In this document: one piece after another, positions 40,987 to 54,135 of the stretch
Layout: every line of letters starts with the position of its first letter
Position numbering within the stretch: the stretch's first letter is position 1
Assembly: GCA_951406725.2 (NCBI GenBank)
Contig: OX597815.1
Location: forward strand, 24,800,001-24,864,000
DNA length: 64,000 nucleotides
Direction: 5' to 3'
Source: Octopus vulgaris
Taxonomy: Eukaryota
Notes under the pieces: model-generated
Seen by the model: the letters and a program-made list of their open reading frames with translations, nothing else
Told to the model about the DNA's origin: nothing
The model's database searches: none
Position numbers and translations under genes: made by a program

Positions 40987-41348
40987 TGTCAACACCAACA
41001 AATAAAAATAAAAATAAAAATAAAAATTAAATGGGAATTGTAGTTAAGATACCCGCACGTAAAAAGCACCACCTGAACGTGGCTGATGCCAGTGCCGCCT
41101 GACTGGCATCCATGTCGGTGACACATAAAAAAACACCAACTGATCGGGGCCATTTGCCAGCCCCACTCTGGCCCCTGTGCCGGTGGCACATAAAAAGCAC
41201 CCACTACACTCATAGAGCAGTTGGCGTTAGGAAGGGCATCCAGCTGTGGAAACACTGCCAGATCAGACTGGAGCCTGGCGCAGCCTCCTGGCTTCCCAGA
41301 CCCCGGTCAAACCATCCAACCTATGCGGACATTAAACGATGATGATGA
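40987..41348 (+). mobile_element. RTE LINE 3' end nested in a SINE
   Basis: Family sequence with a short (GAT)n tail. Confidence 0.85.
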
Positions 41349-41592
41349 GGAGGGGGAATAAAATAAGTACCAGTTGGGTATTGGGGTCAATGAGCTGGCT
41401 CACCTCCTTCCCAAAATTACTGGCCTTGTGCAACAATTAGAAAACAATGTTTCATGATTCAATTAGGTGGTGAGCTAGCAGAACCATTAGCATGCTAGGC
41501 AAAATGGCTTGTGGCGTTTCATCTGTCTTTACGTTCTGAGTTCAAATGCTGCCAAGGTCAGTGTTGCAGTTCATCTTTTTGGGATTGATAAG

Positions 41593-43170
41593 TTAGTTAG
41601 TTAGTTAGTTAATTTGGCTCAAAAGCAAATAGCAAGGCCATGTAGGGGGACATGGAGTTAAGTACAGGGTGGTGTTCATGTAAAGAGTTCAGGCCACTTG
41701 AGGTCCAGGGAGGCTTTGAACAAAGCGGTCGTCGGCATCTTCACCATCTTGTCTGGCAGCTTGTTCCACGGATCCGCAACCCGGACGGAGAAAGCTCCTC
41801 TCCTTCGATTGAGATGAAATCGTCGCAGGTAGAGCTTTTCCGGAATGACCCCGCAGCCGACGCTCCGGAGCAGGAGTGAAGAACAGCTCTTTTGAGAGGT
41901 TACACTTCCCGCTTATGATGTTGTGGGCGAGAATGAGATCGCCACGGCGGCAGCGTTTTTCAAGAGAATAAAGGTCGAGCGTCCTCAGCCTTTCTTCGTA
42001 GGACAAATTTTTGAGACCATGAACCATGCGGGTAGCCAGCCTCTGGACTCTTTCGAGGTGCTGTATGTCTTTGAGGAGATAAGGAGAAGAGGCTTGAATC
42101 CCATACTCCAATATGGGTCTCACCAGCGTGACATAGAGTGGCAGGAATATGGCTGCTGTGAGCATTCCGAATGACCGTCGAATCAAAAACAGAATTCCGC
42201 GCGCTTTGTTGGCAGCATGGACGCACTGGGCCGAAGGCGAAAAGGAGGAATCCACCAAGATACCCAGGTCCTTTACCTGATCGGTCCTCTCCAGCAGCAG
42301 ACGACCCGGCTCGAAGTCAAGTTGAGTTGCAGGAGTAGAGCCGACAGGCAGATGACAGCACTTTGACACGTTCAGACACAGGTCCCAATCGTTAGATCAC
42401 TTCCAAATTTGGTGGAGGCATCGACGAAGATCCTCTATACTATACCGCGAGGAGCGACCAGTTTGATATCGTCGGCAAATAGAAGGGTGTGTTGCGTGAG
42501 GTCGTCGGGCAAGTCATTTATGAAGACTAAGAACAACAAGGGCCCAAGCACTGAACCTTGAGGCACGCCACTGCTCGCACTGGAGACGTCGGACCGTGAA
42601 CCATTAACTTGAACTTGGAAGGAGCGATCTGAGAGGAAGGCACCAACCCATCGTACAATATCCGGATGGAAACTATATGCTTGAAGCTTGACAAGTAGTA
42701 GGCGGTGGTTTACCGAGTCAAAAGCTTTGGCAAAGTCCAATAAAACGATGTCAACAGCATCACTATCATCGAGGATGCACGTCACCAATTCTTCCATTAC
42801 TAGTAAGTTGGTCAAGCATGATCTCTTCGGCACGAAGCCGTGTTGGGAATCAGTGATCGAGGCTGTGTTTAGGAGGTGGAGCATCATACTTTTCTTAAGG
42901 ATGGTTTCGAACATCTTGCTGATTATTGATGTAAGGGAAACCGGTCGGTAGTTAAGCGGGTCTTCGCGGCTCCCTTTCTTGAAAATTGGGCAGATTATCG
43001 CTGTTCTCCAGTCTGCAGGTATAACACCTGTCGCCAATGACATATTGAATAGTCGTGTTAAGGGCTCGCAGATGACCGGAGCCAACGCTTTGATAACCCG
43101 TGGGTGTATGCCGTCAGGGCCGTAACCCTTGTTGACATCGAGGCCTTGAATAACACGTTTGACTTGGTAA
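41593..43170 (-). mobile_element. 5'-truncated CR1-group LINE (ORF2 reverse transcriptase pseudogene)
   Basis: GPDGIHPRVIK, NYRPVSLTS, QHGF, LDFAKAFDSV, GVPQGSVLGPLLFLVFINDL, LFADD and YVTLVRPILEY. Frameshifts near 42435 and 41843, one TGA, and a natural stop at 41676. It has a (CTAA)n tail and GATAAGT on both flanks. Confidence 0.95.
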
Positions 43171-43372
43171 GATAAGTACCAGTTGAACACTGGGGTCATC
43201 GTAATCAACTTACCCCCTCCTCTGAAAATACTGGCTTTGTGCCAAAATTTGAAATGTTTTATGATATAGTGTGTTGGCAAGCTAACTAAACTGTTAGCAC
43301 ATCAGGCCAAATGCTTAGCAGTATTTCATCTGTCTTTACATTCTGAGTTCAAATTCTACTGAGGTTATCTTT

Positions 43373-43680
43373 GTGGAGGCACATGGCCTAGTGGTTAGAG
43401 CAGCAAACTCGTGGTCGAGGGATAGCGGGTTTAAATCTCAGACCGGGTGATGCGTGCGTTTATGAGCGAAACACCTAAGCTCCACGCGGCTCCTGCAGAA
43501 GGTAATGGCGAACTTCTGCTGACTCATTCACCATAACTTTCTCTCACCCTTTCCTCCTGCATCTTGCAACTCACCTGCGACAGACCGGCGTCCTGTCCAG
43601 GTGGGGAACCTATACGCCAAGGAAACTGGGAAACCGGTCCTTATGAGCCAGGCAGGGCTCGAGAAGGAACAAACAACAAA
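43373..43680 (+). mobile_element. tRNA-derived, V-SINE-like element with a 14-bp target-site duplication
   Basis: A-box TGGCCTAGTGG, B-box-like GGTTTAAATC and V-domain-like CCTGCGACAGACCGGCGTCCTGTCCAGG. The TSD is CTGAGGTTATCTTT / CTGAGGTTAACTTT. Confidence 0.85.
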
Positions 43681-43867
43681 CTGAGGTTAACTTTGCCTTT
43701 CATCCTTTCAGAGTCAATAAAATAAGTAGCAGTTGAGTACTGGAATTGATGTAATTGGTTTACCACTCCCCAAAATTGCTAGCCTTGTGCCAAAATTTGA
43801 ACCCTATATTTTATGATTCAGAAATTATGTTTTGTATTTTACAAATGAATGAACACACTAAATTGTA

Positions 43868-44117
43868 AAATTGACTGGCTTTCGTGCTGGTGGCACGTAA
43901 AAAGCACTGACCGATCGTAGCCGTTGCCAGCCTCGCCTGGCACGTAAAAAGCACCCACTACACTCACAGAGTGGTTGGCGTCCAGCTGTAGAAACACTGC
44001 CAGATCAGACTGGAGCCTGGTGCAGGCTCCTGGGTTCCCAGACCTCGGTCGAACCGTCCAACCCATGCTAGCATGGAAAACGGACGGTAAACGATGATGA
44101 TGATGATTATGATGATG
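43868..44117 (+). mobile_element. RTE LINE 3' end
   Basis: Family sequence with (GAT)n tail. Confidence 0.85.
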
Positions 44118-45849
44118 AATCTGATGAATTGACAGATTCATTTGCATTCCTTTACATTCAAATCCTGTGAGATTTGCCCTTCCAAAGTCAATGAAACACA
44201 GGAATCTATTTGATTGACTATGGCTATTCCAACTATCTTGGCTTTATGCCAATGTTAAAAATCGTTATCTATGATTTGAGAGACATATCAAAAATCTCCC
44301 TTCATGCTTCACAAAATATCAGATACAACTTAGAATACATGTATACAATTATTCCATGCTAACAATTACAAATCCTAGTATTGTTATTTTCTAAAGCATG
44401 AATGTATCTCTACTTATAATTAACATCCTGGTTAACTTAAACTTTTTATAACTATATGTATAACCATTCCTGCTTTGAATGGAACAATATTTCCGTTCCA
44501 TTACTAACTAGCAATTCTTTATTGACAGTTTAAAAGTGGGCATCAAATCCAATGATATTATTTTCTCTGATATTATCAGCTGACACATGTCACTGAGTAG
44601 GCCTGTATGTGATCACACAACCTACTAGAAGTAGCAGCCAAACCTCTCTCAAATTGGGCTGCACCATCTTAAAACAAGATACAATTTGATTATGTAATTT
44701 GTTTTGGTAGTACCTATTATAAATGGTTGATAGACTCACATTGAACTTGTTTTAATGCTTTCAATTGTACAGCTGAGTTAGTTTGATTTGTCTATTTTCC
44801 AAAATGCTTCAGCACAACATTGTGGTTATAGAGCAATGATGTGTCTATCATTAAAACAATATTGTTGTTTTTGCCACAGAATATTATACTTCACTTGCTG
44901 TGTGCTCAATAGTAATCTGTTAAGCTAAAATTTCATTGAATTTTCATGTACAATTCTCTGTACAATTTTCATGTACAATCCTGAAACAAGAGGATCTTCG
45001 TAAGAGTACCATAGAAGTGTTTCTGTAAGAAACTGATAACAAACAGGTGATCAGGAGTGATTATTGGTGTTGTTATTATCATCACCCGAAAATATGATAT
45101 TCCATAATGCTCCACTACATTTACAGAGTAATTATCTCACCACTAGTTAGGCAAGTATAGTGGCATAATATGCTTCACTGATAAGGTTTATAAGGACCAA
45201 AACATGTCCACAGTTGTCTCCCATACCAGAATATTGAAAATAATATTAGCTGTTGACTGCTATATTTTCCTCACTATATAATTATTTCTAATTAGCTTTT
45301 TAATCCTCACTACATTAAATATATTAACACTGGCTTAATTATGAGATAATGATAGTTGGATAGATTTATAGCTACAAGCCAATCTTTTCTTAATTCTGAA
45401 AATGAATCCTTAAATAAAAAACACTATCATTTGGATAGATTCTGTTTAGATTTCTTTAGAAGTTCATTATTTTATATGTTTGGCTTCAAGTATGATTGCT
45501 TCTACAACTCCTAAAATACATGTCATTGATGTATCATGTCACATCAGCTCTGATCAAGTAAGACAAAAGTTGTTCCAGCCATGACCATTTTGTGATTTTA
45601 TTTTTTTTACCAATGAAGAGCATCTACAACATTATCCTTTCTTTTTTAAGATTGCAGGGTATTACTTCAGGGAGATTTGGCTGCTATTTCTAGTAGTTGG
45701 GTGACTATATAGAGACAAGTCTTTTGACAGATGGAGAAATTTTGTATTTAGACTACAAGTTTGACATTTCAATTTTCAGTCACCTTATTTGGAGAATTTT
45801 CCTGACACATAGATCCATCAGTATGAAATTTCTGAATATATTGTCTCTT

Positions 45850-46015
45850 ATGGTGCAGGTGTGGCTGCATGGTAAAAAGCTTGATTCCCAACTACATAGT
45901 TCCAGGTTCAGTCCCACTGCATGGCACTTTGGGCAAGTGTATTCTATTATAGCCTTGGGCTGATTAAAGCCTTATGAGTGGATTTGGTAGACAGAAACTG
46001 AAAGAAGCCTGTTGT
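45850..46015 (+). mobile_element. SINE family B, 5' (tRNA-like) half
   Basis: TGGCTGCATGG A-box and GGTTCAGTCCC B-box. Confidence 0.75.
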
Positions 46016-46458
46016 ATATATATATATTATCCAAAGTGTACAGTATTCTATATCCATCATGGCTGATCTTACCAATTGGTTTCACACTAGGAGTATAACA
46101 GAGTGTTATGTAACAATCTGATTATATAACCCTATGCTCATCAGAGGTAGCTAGATCATGGGCTCCATTCCCAGACCTGGCTGTGCATTGTGACCTTGAG
46201 CAAAACACTTCATTTCACATTGCTCCAGTCTCCTTTCAATCAGGGAAAAGTGTTGGCCTGCTTATCTAGCCAGTGAATTGGTGCTATTTGATGGCGAAAG
46301 CAATGCAAAACACGTTATGACCAGTGATGTGTAACAACATCTGATAGTCTTGTCAGTCACATGATCACTATATATGTATGTGTGTGTGTGTATGTATGTA
46401 TGTATGTATGTATATCTATATCTATATCTATCTATCCATCTATCTATCTATCTATCTG

Positions 46459-46525
<67 letters not shown>

Positions 46526-46807
46526 TATTATCAAAGGGTAATCGAAATATTAGAAATTTCCATTACCAGTGGCCGAGCGTGTAAAAATTCAGTCAATAGA
46601 TTATATATTATTCATATAAATACAGTATACATTAAAGCATACAAGAGGTAGACATTATAGGACTCCCTTCGATTTTTATCTCTAGTAGTGGTTCAGAAAT
46701 TTAACTGTACTCTCTAGCGTGTAGGTAGTCCTATGATGGCTACCTCTTATGTGCTTAAATGTACACTGTATTTATATATATATATATACACATATATGGG
46801 GTGTTGG

Positions 46808-47290
46808 TTATTTTTGTTTTAATTTTGGATTTAGAATTTTTATAAAGTATTCTTCATTTGCCTTTCGTAGTTGTATATTTTCATTGTTTATTTTGTACAA
46901 TGGAAATATTTTAAATTTGCCATTTGCACAAATATCAAGATGTTCTCTGCTTGGGACATTCATAAAAGATGAATCCCCAATTTGTTGTTTATGCACATTT
47001 ACACAGCTGGTGAGTTTCCTTCCTGTCTCCCCAATATAGTTTTCATTGCATTGTGGGCATGTGATGCAGTAGATGTGGTGTTTTGTTTTGCAATTCATGT
47101 CTGCATTCACTTTTAATTCCTTCCCATTCTTGAGTCTTTTGGTTGTCCCTTGCTCAATTAATTCACATGTCTCGCAACGAGGGTCTCCACAGTTAGTTAC
47201 TTGCTTTGTTTCTTTTTCAAATGTGAATCTCGCCTTTGTTAGGAGTCTCTTGAGGTTTGGTGGTTGTCTTCGACTGTTGATAATTTGTAA
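46808..47290 (-). mobile_element. Penelope-like element, C-terminal Cys-rich linker and GIY-YIG endonuclease
   Basis: Open frame RRQPPNLKRLL...CGDPRCETC...MNCKTKHHIYCITCPQCNENYIGETGRKL...RKANEEYFIKILNPKL. An inverted repeat lies downstream at 46615-46778. Confidence 0.9.
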
Positions 47291-47762
47291 TTTTTTAATT
47301 AAAAAATCACAAAAAATTAATTATTACAGACTACAGTATTTAATATGTCATGATTTAAGATGTGAAGGTGCTATTCACGAGAGATTTAGCTGTAATTTCT
47401 GGATGGTTGAATGATCACATAAAAGCTCCATATTGACTTGGGTGATCTGTGGTGGTCAGACACGATAAAATCATTGGACTGGAAGGCCTCTTTTAGAGTG
47501 TCAATAAAGAATTGCTAAATTATAATGGAGCAGAAATAGTTCTAATTCATCCAATGCAAGAATGGTCATATATTTGATATTTATGAAAGCTATGAGCAAT
47601 TAAAACTTTAAAATAAGGAGACAGAATTTCTGACAATGAAATAATTATCTAAAAGAGGATACAAGTAATATACAAAAAGTCCTTGAACTGATTTCCTGAT
47701 ATTTCTTTATTTAAACTAGTTAAAATTTAAGACTTGCCTTTTCAATTGCATTTTATAGAAGA

Positions 47763-48126
47763 CTAGCACTATAACCTGGTAATGCTGTGTTATAGTGCTA
47801 GTGCATGCATATACAGCTGCGTGCGTGTGCACATACACGTGAGTACTGTCCAAATCTCCGACCAATCACATACAGCTAGCTGGCATTCAATTGGCGTATC
47901 AAGTTTCGGGCATTTTGATTGGGTTTTGGATTGAAAATTCACAAAAAAGTCACTTCTATTGATTTTTTAATGGCTTTGCGGGGTGACTGGGAAAATGTAA
48001 AGATGTGCATGACCACCCTTGGATGGTTTTGAATGACCATAGAAAGTTCGAGCCCTCTAACTGAAAAATTGTGGATTTGTATAAAGGACATGCATGCAGA
48101 CATTTTGCCATTTATATAGAGAGAGA
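47763..48126 (-). mobile_element. Non-autonomous Helitron, same family as 24855-25220
   Basis: Full-length reverse-complement match with TC and CTAG termini. Confidence 0.85.
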
Positions 48127-49376
48127 TTGGTAAATGGGGTCAAATGAGTAAGAATAAATTAAAATAAATTATGGATGCAGTTCTGATACAGACTGAGTGA
48201 AACTTGGTTTGCTTATTAATCTCAACAACTTTCCCAAGACCGAACTATAATTAGGATCATGGTAATTTGGTGAAAGAGTGACAATACAACAACTTACTCA
48301 TCATCTATAGCTAAATTAGGGGCTCATTTGTCAATACATCCTACCTTAAGATATTTTTTTTATATAGTTTGGTCAGTAGGAAGATACTGTACCCATGGCA
48401 TTTGCAAGCTCTCCAAGACTAATAGCATTGATCTAATTGATGTTTTCTTCCTTGAACAACTGTAGTAAGAAACATGGAGTGAAAGAAAATTTCAGAGGAG
48501 TGGTGTTCAGGAGAGGAAGGACTGGAATAATGTTAGTGCGTAGTCTTGATATTTATGGCAAAAGGAAACGATGTGGGTTGAGTGAGATGGGCCTGGGTGG
48601 AGGCCACATGTGATAAAGCAGCTTTGTAGATCATTAATAAAGAGAAGACTAATATAGATGGTAGCCCAGAAATGGTAGTAGTTTCTGAACTTCACCTGGG
48701 GTCAATGTATTTTCAAATATATGACCCAATGCTATTTATACCTAAAAATCAGTAAATTTATGTTCTTACATTTTTTTTCACACTCAAATATGATGCAACT
48801 ATTCAGTTTAGACTTTGATGTTTATCATTAAATGTCTCACATTATATACCGGTAATTACAGCAGTTTTTACTTCCTACATTGTAAGTTCAAGGGTCATCT
48901 TTTTATTCCATGCCTTTAGAGTTGATAAAATAAATATCAATAATATATTAAGTTAAATCAATAAAATGCTATACAGATTTATGGCTTTGTGCCAAAGTAA
49001 CAATTCATTATTGCTACATTGCTACTCAGTTAAAAAAAAAATGCTATGTTCCATATATTAAATATGGGTGGTTATAATCAATTTTGTATATAAGTGTTGA
49101 TACATTCAATACCATGATTGTGGTTAAACTCAGTATTACTAAGTTTGGGTATATTCAATATATTATAAAGAACTATGATAATATATTCAATATTATTAAA
49201 TTATAAATACATGTAAATATGTGTAGTTGCCTTCATTTGAAGAACAGAAAATGAAGCATCTCATAGCAATCATAACTGAAAGATTCTTATATATTATGTG
49301 TGTGTGTGTGGTGTGTGTATGTATATATATAATTGTATATTTATATATGTATTGGATATATATAAGTATGTATATA

Positions 49377-50643
49377 TTAGGTTGTCAAGAAAGTTCTTTC
49401 GGTTTTTAACCTTTAAATTCAGATGCACATATCTCACCTCAGATAAAACTTTATTATTCGAAATGAACACCATCAGAATCAATACACTTTTGCCAACATG
49501 AAACAAGTTTATTTATGCCTGTAGCATAAAAATTCTGGTGGCAATGAAGTCGTTGAAGGCATGTTTGGCATCATCTTGGTTTTTGAAGCATTTCTCACGC
49601 AGGAAGTTGTCGAGATGCTTGAAAAAGTGGGTGTTGGTAGGCGAGAGGTCTGGTGAGTATGACGGGTGAGGCAGAGTTTTGTAGCCCAATTCATTCAACT
49701 TCTGCAGGGCCAGTTGTGCAATGTGCAGCCGAGCGTTGTCGTGGAGAAGAATTGGTCCTTTTCTATTAACCAATGCTGTTTGTTGTCAAAGTTTCTTATG
49801 CATTTCATCCATTTACTGACAGTACTTCTCTGCTGTAATGGTTTCACCTGGATCCAAAAAGCTGTGTTGGGTGAGACCTGTAGCAGACCACCAAACAGTC
49901 ACCATGACATTCTTTTGGTGCAATTTTGACTTGAGGAAGTGATGTGGAGCTTCGTCAGCATCCAATCTCTGAGCTGAGTATCACCAGTTGTCATAAAGAA
50001 TCCACTTATCATTGCAAGTCACAATCCAGTGAAGTTATGGGTCATTCTTGTTGCGTAAAAGAAGGGAAGACGACACTTCAAAACGGTGTTTTTTTGGTTG
50101 TCATTTAATCCATGCAGCACCCATTTCTCAAGTATCTTTGTTTTTCCAATCTCTTTCAAGTGGTTGGAAATTGTCATATACATTATGTCTAATTCAGAAG
50201 CAAGCTCTCGAACAGTTGTGCGTGGATTGGCTTTGACTAAGGCTCTTAGTTGATCGTTGTCAACATCCAATGGCCAACCACTATGCTTATCATCTTTGAG
50301 ACTCTCATCACCGCTAGAAAATTTCTTGAACCAACATTGTACTGTACATTCTTTAGTAGTTCATTGTTGATATCACAAGCTGTTTCGGCAGCTTTTCGGC
50401 TCAGCTTGAACTGGAATAAGGAAATTGTGCGAATTTGCTTTTTGCCCATGTTGTATTCAATGTTCCAAAAAAAAAAATGGCCTAATTATTCAAAAAAGGA
50501 AAAGAGCAACACGATTAGATAGAGGGGAAAATGGGCTTTAAAATGATATATAAAGTCAAAGTGATTTAACGAAAATTAAATTGAAAATACATAATTTAAA
50601 ACCAAAATTAAAAAATTCCGCAAGAACTTTCTTGACAACCTAA
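49377..50643 (-). mobile_element. Full-length (1267 bp) cecropia-subfamily mariner, Hsmar1-like, with frameshifted transposase
   Basis: TA|TTAGGTTGTCAAGAAAGTTCTT TIRs at both ends. Fragments include KKQIRTISLFQFKLSRKAAET, VDNDQLRALV, KWVLHGL, VNRKGPILLHDNAR and HPSYSPDLSPTNTHFFKHLDNFL. Confidence 0.95.
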
Positions 50644-50702
50644 TATATTATGTATATGTGTGTGTGTGTGTGTGTATATATATTTATAATTTAAGATTTT
50701 AT

Positions 50703-50735
<33 letters not shown>

Positions 50736-51127
50736 GTTTGTGTATTTTAGTGGAATTATTTAGCCCCTGTACTTTTTCCTTTCCATTTTTTAAAAATATG
50801 GTTCTTATTATCAAACCACTAAGTTGTGGGGATGTAAACACACCAGCACCAGTTGTTAAGCAATGATGGGAGACAAACATAGGCACAAAGACACACATGT
50901 TTGTTTGCTGTTCCCAACAGCTTCTTGCTGCTAATGCCACCAAAAATGAACAATATTACCATTAAAGGTGTGAAATTATAAGGATCTTTTGGATAATAAC
51001 TGACAAGGAATCAGTAATGTCCCATCTTGTGTATGAATTTTCAATTTGTTCCTTTGTTGGGCTTCTGTTTAAATTTTCGAACTTACTATAGATACATACA
51101 TACATACATGCATACATACATACATAC

Positions 51128-51163
<36 letters not shown>

Positions 51164-51357
51164 ATACACACACGCTCATATACAATGGGCTTCTTTCAGT
51201 TTCCATCTACCAAATCCATGACAAGACTTTAATCAGCCAAGGCTATAGTTGAAAAATCGTGCCCAAGGTGCCACATAGTGAAACTGAACCCAGAACCATG
51301 CAGTTGGGAAGCAAACTTCTTATCAATCAACCATGCTGTGCCTATTGTGTGTGTGTG

Positions 51358-52010
51358 TGTGTGATCTGAACAATAAATATTCGGATTGTTGCCATAGTAA
51401 TGAAGCTAAAGCATGCAGAGTGAAGCTGCTTGGTACAAATTGACCTTGAACTCTGCTGTGCATGCACACTAAGTTTTAACGCTCTAATTCACTTCTGCTG
51501 TTTATGGCAATGCTTGGAAGGAAGGTGTGTAGCATGTGATCAGCGCATTAACCACGACAGAAAAAGTTGAGCAGAGAATCTGCATCAAATTTTGCCAAAA
51601 GCTTGGCAATACCTGCTTAGACAAAAGCTTGGCGATACCTGCTTAGACAAAAGCTTGGCGATACCTGCTTAGACAATATCAACATTTTGTTGACCATCTT
51701 GGAAACGTCTGAACCACTTGTACACTTGTGTGTGCTTCAAACACTCCTCTCCATACACTTTCTACAACTTTGTGCAGGCCTCTGAGCACGTATTGCCATG
51801 ACAACTTTCTGTCAGAGTCAATGCAACAATCACATGCTACACACCTTCCTTCGAAGCACTGCTGTAAACAGCAGAACTGAGCTAGTATGTTAAAACTTAG
51901 TGTGCATGCACAAGAAGAGTTCAAGGTCAATCTTTGTTAATTGGCTTCAATCTGCGTTCTTTAGCTTTGCTATTATGGCAACAGTCCAGATACGTATTGA
52001 TTAGACCTCG
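51358..52010. mobile_element. Mariner-derived MITE made of two inverted 5' ends
   Basis: Inverted arms of ~210 bp. The + arm encodes TEKVEQRICIKFCQKLG and the - arm encodes KVYGEECLKHTQVYKWFRRFQDG. It ends CCTCG|TA. Confidence 0.75.
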
Positions 52011-52071
52011 TATTGTATAGACATGTATATATATATATATGTATATATGTATGTATGTGTGTATGTATGTA

Positions 52072-52108
<37 letters not shown>

Positions 52109-52110
52109 GC

Positions 52111-52159
<49 letters not shown>

Positions 52160-52242
52160 TATATATATATATATTTATTTATTTATATATATATGTGTGT
52201 GTATATATATGTATGTATATATATATATATATATATATATTT

Positions 52243-52347
52243 TATTATATAGAAGGAGCTACAGGACTGTACTGTTTCATTCAGAGAAATCTTCCTGAAG
52301 ATTTCTCTTGAATGAACATACTAGTCCTGTAAACTCCTTCTATATAA
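52243..52347. repeat. ~105-bp hairpin palindrome between (TA)n tracts
   Basis: ATTATATAGAAGGAG..ACAGGACT..TTCATTCAGAGAAATCTTC pairs with GAAGATTTCTCTTGAATGAA..AGTCCTGT..CTCCTTCTATATAAT. Confidence 0.85.
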
Positions 52348-52422
52348 TAAATTAATTTTACTCTGCTATGTATTGAGTACCTTACTTACTGTGGTTAACC
52401 CCGAATCAACCCGGGACCTACA

Positions 52423-52453
<31 letters not shown>

Positions 52454-52457
52454 GTAC

Positions 52458-52559
<102 letters not shown>

Positions 52560-53124
52560 ATATATATATATGTGTGTGTATATATGTATGTACGTATATT
52601 ATGTATGTATGTATATATGCATCATGTGTGTGTATTTGTGTGTGCAAAACAAAATTGTGTCAGTGACCAGTTTGCAGAAGAGTACAAATATTTATGAAAT
52701 ATAAAAGAATAAACAAAAGGTGAACATAGGATTTTTTGCCTTTTATTCTATTTTTCTTATTGGGTGTTTTCATAAATGGCTAACACGTCCCTTTCACAGT
52801 GTAATTGCTTCAGTTTTGACATAAAATCTCAGATCAAGTCACTTGCCAAACAAGTACATCTCCAGAGTATATAAAAGTTTTTTTCTTTTACAGTAATTTT
52901 ATACTTCAAACAGACCCGACCTGTCTAAGAAATCAATCAAAAAGACACAATGCAGATTGTAAGGAAAAAAGAATTTATAGTCTACCTTTTTGCTAGCAAA
53001 CTCGTTAAAAGGAAGAAACAAACAGAAATTATTTGTAAGATAATCACTGAAATTTGTTCCAGCTTATTGACTTGACTGTAGAGAAAAACTGTACATTAAA
53101 TCATTTTTAACAGTGGAACTCAAA

Positions 53125-53690
53125 CTAGGCACAAGTATGTCTGTATGGTAAGAAGTTGCTTCCCAACCACATGGTTCTGGGTTCAATCCCACTGAGTGAT
53201 ATCTTGGGCAAGTGCCTTCTATTATAGCCTTAGTTCTGCCAAAGCCTTGTGACTGCATCTGGTAGGTGGAAACTGAAAGAAGCCTGTTATCATCATCATC
53301 TTCATCATTTAACGTCTGCTTTCCATGCTAGCATGGGTTGGACGGTTTGACTGTGGGCTGGTGAGCCAGATGGGTGCACCAGGCTCCAGTCTTGATCTGG
53401 CAGAGTTTCTACAGCTGGATGCCTTTCCTAACGCCAACTACTCCGAGAGTGTAGTGGGTAGTGTAGTGGTTATATATATATATGTATGTGTGTGTTTGTG
53501 TGTATGTCTTTGTTCCTTACCACTGCTTGGAAACCTGTGTTGGTGTGTTTATGTCCTTGTGACTTAGTGGTTCCGCATGAGAAACTGATTAGAATAAGCA
53601 CCAGGTTTCAAAAAATGAATACTAGGGTCGATTTGCTTGATTAAAAATTCTTCAAGGTAGTGTCCCAGCATGGCCACAATCTGACTGAAA
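53125..53690 (+). mobile_element. SINE family B interrupted by an opposite-strand RTE 3' end (53289-53470)
   Basis: The SINE 5' half runs to 53288, the RTE tail follows, then the SINE 3' half resumes. Confidence 0.8.
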
Positions 53691-53814
53691 CAAAAAAATA
53701 AATAAAGCTATAAACAACAGCATGTAAATAGTGGGTTGAAAAGTCTCATAGGTGAAAGAAATCAGGGGCTGCCTGCAAACAACAGCATATTTATTCTACC
53801 TTTATTCCACCAAA

Positions 53815-54135
53815 AGTGAATGTGCATGGCTCAATGGTTAGAGCGTCAGGGTCACAATCACAAGGTAGTGAGCTCAATTCTTGGACTGGGCTGTGTGTTT
53901 TATTCCATGTTGCTCCAGTTCACTCAGCTGTAGAAATGAGTTGCGGCATCACAGGTGCCAAGCTGTATTGGCCTTTGCTTTTCCCTTGGATAACATTGGC
54001 AGTGTGGAGAAGGGAGGCTGGTATGCATGGGTGGCTTCTGGTCTTCCATAAACAACCTTGCCCGGATTTGTGCCTCAGAGGGGAACTTTCTCGGTGTAAT
54101 CCCATGGGCTTTCATGACCGAAGAGGGTCCTTACT
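53815..54135 (+). mobile_element. tRNA-derived SINE of a further family
   Basis: TGGCTCAATGGTTAGAGCG A-box and CCAGTTCACTCAGCTGTAGAAATGAGT core. Related heads lie near 46150 and 62875. Confidence 0.65.

Larger units (their letters stand above)
40855..43805 (+). mobile_element. Three consecutive SINE family C-type copies, each split by a nested insertion
   Basis: Heads at ~40857, ~41465 and ~43275. Tails (AAGTACCAGTTG...CCTTGTGCCAAAATTTGAAA-like) resume at ~41357, ~43171 and ~43695. Confidence 0.75.

Noticed and set aside
43171-43280. N-terminal part of ORF 42435-43280 as LINE protein
   Set aside because: These codons come from the flanking SINE. The LINE is 5'-truncated at ~43170.
43373-43450. 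tRNA gene
   Set aside because: The A and B boxes continue into a SINE body with a tail and TSD, and no complete cloverleaf is seen.
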